Below, piece after piece: positions 58,929-64,000 of a DNA stretch of 64,000 nt (within the stretch, counting starts at the first letter, position 1; each line of letters opens with the position of its first letter). This stretch comes from an uncultured archaeon. Its GTDB lineage: Archaea > Asgardarchaeota > Lokiarchaeia > Sigyniarchaeales > SOKP01. The notes beneath the pieces were generated by a model. That model did not search any database. It worked only from the letters and a program-made list of their open reading frames with translations, and was not told the DNA's origin. The stretch spans positions 1 to 64,000 of the forward strand of contig CAZWEM010000011.1 of assembly GCA_964632315.1 (NCBI GenBank), in the 5' to 3' direction. Position numbers and translations under genes: made by a program.

Positions 58929-60224
58929 TTAATTCAATAAAAAGGTATATAACATGGTGTAGCCCAATACAATACTAAAATGCAACGTCGCAAAGACAGC
59001 TCCATTTTTAAGTAAACGATTATAATTTAAGTTAGCTACTTTATACTTTTTTGCTAACGTCAATGTGAGTATGTCACAAGCAGAACCTTGAGGCAAAAAA
59101 TTTCCAGCTAAGTTAACGCCGCTAACGAAAGCAATGATTATTGGATTTGGAAAAAATCCATTTGCTATTATAGCTGAAAAAATGGGAAGCAAGATTATGG
59201 TGACCGGAGTACCCGCAAGAAAAGCAGATAAAAGAGAAGAAACTGATAAAGTCAAGATCACTGCGATGTAAATGTTGTTATTTGATAAGCTTATTAAGAC
59301 ATCTGATATCAAACCTGAAAATCCAAACTCTGCTAAAGAGTTCGAAAGGATAAACAAAACTGCAAATATTATGATGATTTTCCACGTTATTTCACTTTTT
59401 ACTTCTGAGAAATCGGACTGTTTTGAATGAACAATGAGGAGAATTGCAGCAGAGATAATCGTGACAAATGCGGGATCAAATCCGATAAACATAAATCCGA
59501 ACGTGCCTAAAATGATGATGACTGTGGTCATAAACAATTTCCTATTTTCAATCACGACGTTTGGATTAAGCATTTCAATCAAAATTTTTTTATTCTCTTC
59601 AGTCGGCTTTTCTTCCTTCCTTAAAATAAATCGATCAATTAAAAAAATTGTCAAAATCAATGTAACTATGAATAAAGGGCCCATATTAAAAAAATATTGC
59701 TCAAAACCCCAACCAAATTGACTGCCGATGATTAAATTCTTTAAACTTGAGATTGGAGTCAGAATCGCGCCAATATTTATGCAAATAGTCATCCCCATCA
59801 TGTAAGTCCCCGCGGGAATCTTCAAAATTTGACAAGTTCTGTATATTAAAGGCATTAAAATTAAAGAAAGCGTGAGGTCCTCTATAACAGCGACTAATGT
59901 TGCAGTAAATAAGCAAATCATGTAAAAAAATAACCGGTTATTGCCCTTAGTTATGTGAATTAGCTTTAAGGAGACGTATTGCAGTATTCTATTAGAAGTA
60001 GCAAAATATATGATTATCTGCATCGCAAAAATGAAAATTAACGTTCTGAAATTAATAAAACCGAGAATATCTGTTGTATTCAGGTTCCCAATAGTAAGGA
60101 TAACAAAGACAGCAAGCGTTCCAATAATTAAAGCTACTGGGAAATAGTCGAACTTGTCCGAGGAAAAAAATCCCATGAGGATAACAAATAAGATTAATAT
60201 GAGTATAATCGCGGGAACGTTCAT
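58929..60224 (-). CDS. ArsB/NhaD/SLC13-family anion permease
   Basis: NIGAILTPISSLKNLII, NLAGNFLPQGSACDI; multi-TM. Confidence 0.85.
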   Translation of the reverse strand: MNVPAIILILILFVILMGFFSSDKFDYFPVALIIGTLAVFVILTIGNLNTTDILGFINFRTLIFIFAMQIIIYFATSNRILQYVSLKLIHITKGNNRLFFYMICLFTATLVAVIEDLTLSLILMPLIYRTCQILKIPAGTYMMGMTICINIGAILTPISSLKNLIIGSQFGWGFEQYFFNMGPLFIVTLILTIFLIDRFILRKEEKPTEENKKILIEMLNPNVVIENRKLFMTTVIIILGTFGFMFIGFDPAFVTIISAAILLIVHSKQSDFSEVKSEITWKIIIIFAVLFILSNSLAEFGFSGLISDVLISLSNNNIYIAVILTLSVSSLLSAFLAGTPVTIILLPIFSAIIANGFFPNPIIIAFVSGVNLAGNFLPQGSACDILTLTLAKKYKVANLNYNRLLKNGAVFATLHFSIVLGYTMLYTFLLN

Positions 60225-60336
60225 CTAAATTAATGAAATGGTTTGTATTATAAAAAATGTATCTTTACCCCTCTTGAAGAAAAAAATACACGAGCTCCAA
60301 AAAAATTATAACATTGACATGAGATCAAGTATTAAT

Positions 60337-60755
60337 TTAAATTTTAAGAAAGTTAGTTTTTTCAATTAATTCTTCAGTTGAGAAGACAGAAATTTCTTTC
60401 TGATCTTTTTTAAGTTTTTTATCATTCGACCACAGGCTAGCTTTGAGTGCAAAAGCAAGAGCTAAATACACCATATCTTTGGGATCGGGAGAAATTTTTT
60501 CAGCTTTATCTATTAAAGGAATTATCTCATTTTTCGGAATAACAGTGATCTGCTCTTTTAATATATCGAAAAATTGGTCAAAATCTTCTAGCGATCGATG
60601 AGTTTTCCTAAGAATTAGTTTTTTATATTTTACAAATTCCGTAAATAAGAATTCAGGAGCAAAAAGCTGTAATTTATCACTAATTAAGAGCTCTGCTGTT
60701 GACCCCTCTTTTATTAAAGCAGCAAAAAGGATATTAGCGTCATTACTAATTTCAT
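60337..60755 (-). pseudogene. PIN-domain (VapC-like) toxin with a 1-nt deletion in codon 5
   Basis: ATG AAA TTA GTA AT|GAC GCT AAT ATC = MKLV(I)DANILFAALIK...DPKDMVYLALA...LWSNDKKLK. Confidence 0.85.
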
Positions 60756-60759
60756 TTTT

Positions 60760-60984
60760 CTATTCGCTCTTATATCGTTTTACTAAGAGTTCACTTACTT
60801 CTCTTCCAAGCTCTAAAGCATCTTGGGGAGATATTTCACTATCAATTCGAAATGTCTTCATGAAATTTAATTGTGCAATCTTTTTCTTGATTGAATCTCT
60901 TGCTACTTCAGACCAATTGATTTCGGGAAAATCTTCCATCATTTTTTTTAATTCATTAGGAATTGATAACGTTAGATTTGCCAT
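60760..60984 (-). CDS. Ribbon-helix-helix antitoxin (VapB-like)
   Basis: MANLTLSIPNELKKMM..FPEINWSEVAR; directly upstream of PIN gene. Confidence 0.8.
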   Translation of the reverse strand: MANLTLSIPNELKKMMEDFPEINWSEVARDSIKKKIAQLNFMKTFRIDSEISPQDALELGREVSELLVKRYKSE

Positions 60985-61390
60985 TTTAACATTCAATTAT
61001 ATATATTTATTATGTGAATATAGGTGAATACACATATTAATAATTATCTTAAATGAATAAAATCAATGAATTGAATACTTCATAAAACTGTTAAATGTAA
61101 TTTCATTCTCTTCCAACTGTGTTTCTTTAAATTAGTATACTTAAATAAAAACAACAAAAAAAATAAATTGGAGATCGCCATAATCGCATAGAAAACGAAT
61201 CCTAAATTCGCAATAGCTACTTTTTTTATATTACGTCAATATTTATAAAATACGTTTCTCTCTCAATATACAGAAAAAGGTAAATCATAATTCTTAATAA
61301 GAAAACGTGATTTTTACACCTAATAGAACTAGTTCAAAACTTTTTAAATTTAAAATTACACAACATAAAACCTATTAATAGGAAATAATA

Positions 61391-63112
61391 ATGAGCGATT
61401 TAATCATAAAAAATGGCTTAGTTTATGACCCTTTAAATGATATAGATGGCGAGAAAAAGGACATTTACATCAAAGATGGTTACGTGGTGGATAAAGTCAA
61501 CGGAGATGCGAAAATTATTGATGCATCGGGGCTTGTGGTCATGCCTGGCGGTGTAGATATCCATACGCATATTGCGGGTGCAAAAGTTAATGCGGGAAGG
61601 TCAATGCGACCCGAGGATAAGGTACCTGAAGCGAATATGAAGCGAACGAAGCTGACACGTTCTGGAACTGGATTCAGCGTATTAAGCACTTGGAAGACCG
61701 CATATTTATATGCTAAGATGGGATATACTACTTGCGCCGAACCAGCCATGCCTTTACTTGAAGCGCGACATACTCATGAAGAATTTCTTTCCATGCCTAT
61801 CATTGATAAGTTAGCAATGCCAATTCTGGGAAATAATTGGTATGTTCTTCAATACGTCAGAAACAAAGATTACGAAAAATTAGCCGCTTATATTAACTGG
61901 GTAATGAAATCGACGAAGGGCTATGCAATAAAGATTGTCAACCCTGGTGGCGTCGAAAATTGGGCCTGGGGTAAAAATTGTGAAAATGTTGATACGCCTG
62001 TTGTTCATTGGGATGTCACTCCTCGCCAGATTATAGAAGGATTATCAAAAGCAAATGAAATTCTTCAACTACCTCATTCTATTCACGTGCATTGCAATAA
62101 TCTAGGCCATCCAGGAAATTTCGAACATTCGATTGAAACCTTTAAAATAACAGAAAATATAGAGCCTAAAGGACGTAAAGACAGGAATTTCCACTGCACT
62201 CACGTGCAATTTAACGCTTACGCAGGAAGTAATTGGGGTAATTTCGAGTCTGGAGCATCTCAAGTAGCTGAATATGTTAATTCTCACAAGCATCTTACGA
62301 TTGATTGTGGTCAAGTGGTATTTACCAAATACGCAACCACCACAATGACAGGAGATGGACCCTGGGAATTCGCACTTCATCATTTAAGTGGTGTTTCCCC
62401 GTGGGGAGCTAAGCCTGGAGTTAAATGGATTAATGGACAGGTAGAAGCAGAATCGGGTTCGGGCATAGTTCCATATTTCTTTTCAGCAAAAAATAGCGTC
62501 AATGCGGTGCAATGGGCGATTGGTTTGGAATTAATGCTCTTAGTGAAAGATCCATGGCAGATTTCCTTCACGACCGATCATCCAAACGGCGCACCATTCA
62601 CAACGTATCCAATTGGATTCAAATGGTTAATGGATAAGAAATCTCGCGATGAGATGTTAGCGAATGTAGTATCAAAGAAAGCCAGTACTGCAACCACTCT
62701 TTCAGATCTCGATCGAGAATATACATTAACCGATTTATGCATTGTCACACGAGCAGGTACCGCCAAGACTCTTGGACTGAAAGATAGGGGGCATCTTGGT
62801 ATAGGTGCTATTGGAGATGTCTCGATATATGATCTAAATCCAGAGAAAATGGAGGGAAAGGATATTGAAAAAGCATTCTCAAGTGCTGCGTATACTATTA
62901 AGGAAGGACAAATAATAGTCAAAGATGGAGAAATCATGGCAACTCCAATGGGAACCCTAATACAAGCTGAGGGTAAGATAAAGGAAAGCGTGTATGAAGC
63001 AATGCTTGAAGACATCCAATTACATTGGAGAGATCATTATAGCATCAACTTTAACAATTATGCTGTTCAAGATGCATATGCTCCGAAAGTCCAAATTGTA
63101 AGTGGAGCTTAA
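61391..63112 (+). CDS. fwdA: Formylmethanofuran dehydrogenase subunit A
   Basis: GGVDIHTHIAGAKVNAGR, KIVNPGG, LPHSIHVHCNNLG, TTDHPNG. Confidence 0.95.
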   Translation: MSDLIIKNGLVYDPLNDIDGEKKDIYIKDGYVVDKVNGDAKIIDASGLVVMPGGVDIHTHIAGAKVNAGRSMRPEDKVPEANMKRTKLTRSGTGFSVLSTWKTAYLYAKMGYTTCAEPAMPLLEARHTHEEFLSMPIIDKLAMPILGNNWYVLQYVRNKDYEKLAAYINWVMKSTKGYAIKIVNPGGVENWAWGKNCENVDTPVVHWDVTPRQIIEGLSKANEILQLPHSIHVHCNNLGHPGNFEHSIETFKITENIEPKGRKDRNFHCTHVQFNAYAGSNWGNFESGASQVAEYVNSHKHLTIDCGQVVFTKYATTTMTGDGPWEFALHHLSGVSPWGAKPGVKWINGQVEAESGSGIVPYFFSAKNSVNAVQWAIGLELMLLVKDPWQISFTTDHPNGAPFTTYPIGFKWLMDKKSRDEMLANVVSKKASTATTLSDLDREYTLTDLCIVTRAGTAKTLGLKDRGHLGIGAIGDVSIYDLNPEKMEGKDIEKAFSSAAYTIKEGQIIVKDGEIMATPMGTLIQAEGKIKESVYEAMLEDIQLHWRDHYSINFNNYAVQDAYAPKVQIVSGA

Positions 63113-63169
63113 AAATAATTTAATTTTATATTTTCTTTTTCGATTTTCAAACATTTAATATCTTAGATT

Positions 63170-64000
63170 TCAGTTCGTATCCGTAAAGACTGCTTTGTAT
63201 ATATCTTCAACAAATTCAGATTGATATTTAATTATTAGTTCGGGATCTGGAGTTAACAGAATGAATCGATAATAGACGCAATAATCTGCTCCATACAGTT
63301 GCCAGTAAGGTTTAATTAAGAATTTTTTTGCCCATTTTTGGCACACTTCTTCAAATAACTTTTCATTATGATTCACTCTCTTGTTTAAATTCAATTCTAA
63401 GACATATCTAACAATTTTGTTATCGTGGACATATTGAGAACGGGATGATTTATCTAGTTGATTTTCTTCTTGAATAGTAAAGAAACTGCGTTCGGTATCT
63501 TCCATGGTTCTTAAAGTCTCACTAACAATTGACAATTCCTCTCTAATTGCTGCTGCAACGCTGAGATCTTCATTTTCCTTACTTAGAAAAATCGCAAGAC
63601 TTTTTCTAGTTTGTTCTAGGCGAGTAATATAATTATCCAACCAAATTTTTGATACCGTGTGATTAGTGATGTTGGTGTTAATGCAATTGATATTTGGGAT
63701 CAGAAATATGGTTTCATCAATACATTTTAATCTTGTATAGTTTAGAGAAATTTCTATGACGATTCCATCCGTGCCATCTATGGTAATATAATCTCCGATG
63801 GTAAACGGCCGAACAACTAAAATCCAGATTCCTGCGATAAAGTTGGTAATCGCATTCATTGAGGCAAACGAGATCGCACTAATAACAATCCCGGTAATTA
63901 TAATCAAATAACTTGATTGAATGTTAAGAAAATTCATTATTAAGATAATGATTATAATTCCAATAATCAAACGGATGAGAAATTTTAGTCCATTATATAC
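63170..64000 (-). CDS. MscS-family mechanosensitive channel (5' end beyond window)
   Basis: NFIAGIWILVVRPFTIGDYI...G.V.EISLNYT...IPN. Confidence 0.85.
   Translation of the reverse strand, partial: VYNGLKFLIRLIIGIIIIILIMNFLNIQSSYLIIITGIVISAISFASMNAITNFIAGIWILVVRPFTIGDYITIDGTDGIVIEISLNYTRLKCIDETIFLIPNINCINTNITNHTVSKIWLDNYITRLEQTRKSLAIFLSKENEDLSVAAAIREELSIVSETLRTMEDTERSFFTIQEENQLDKSSRSQYVHDNKIVRYVLELNLNKRVNHNEKLFEEVCQKWAKKFLIKPYWQLYGADYCVYYRFILLTPDPELIIKYQSEFVEDIYKAVFTDTN

Noticed and set aside
1265-63015. Numerous short ORFs overlapping long genes
   Set aside because: Shadow frames without recognisable motifs
1-64000. CRISPR array, rRNA, integrase or transposase
   Set aside because: No repeat-spacer array, rRNA-like segment or mobile-element protein motifs recognised; nothing indicates integration at the tRNA

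Overview
AT-rich archaeal chromosomal window, most consistent with an Asgard archaeon of the Lokiarchaeia type. This assignment is inferred from a longin/uDENN-like domain fused to a Rab-like GTPase, a single-domain gelsolin, HEAT/LRR proteins, a eukaryote-like SECIS and an intron-containing tRNA. The window holds mostly metabolic genes: PEP synthase, acetone carboxylase acxABC, ADP-forming acyl-CoA synthetase, a CoA transferase-GNAT fusion, two PurF, FwdA, and a group 3c [NiFe(Se)] hydrogenase/heterodisulfide reductase locus (vhuG-vhuA-vhuU-hdrC-hdrB) surrounded by hypC/D/E/F. Main result: the 5' end of the hydrogenase small-subunit gene vhuG/mvhG is interrupted by two short insertions (31 nt at 40886-40916; 29 nt at 40823-40851). 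Each folds with its flanking exons into a bulge-helix-bulge (BHB) motif. Cutting at the canonical BHB positions restores MAIKVAFMQNSD-CWGCHQSLLNAH-LGLLPVLPALDIVYWP, so these look like tRNA-type introns in an mRNA, bracketing a 34-nt micro-exon that carries the proximal Fe-S CxxC ligands. The same gene cluster encodes a selenoprotein missed by the ORF track (VhuU, in-frame UGA), whose own stop codon is the UGA of a eukaryote-like SECIS core. A tRNA-Pro(CGG) carries a 30-nt T-loop intron that shares a positioned UUUC with both mRNA introns. Several genes have apparent single-base deletions that may be assembly errors. All structures were derived by hand; no searches or folding programs were run.
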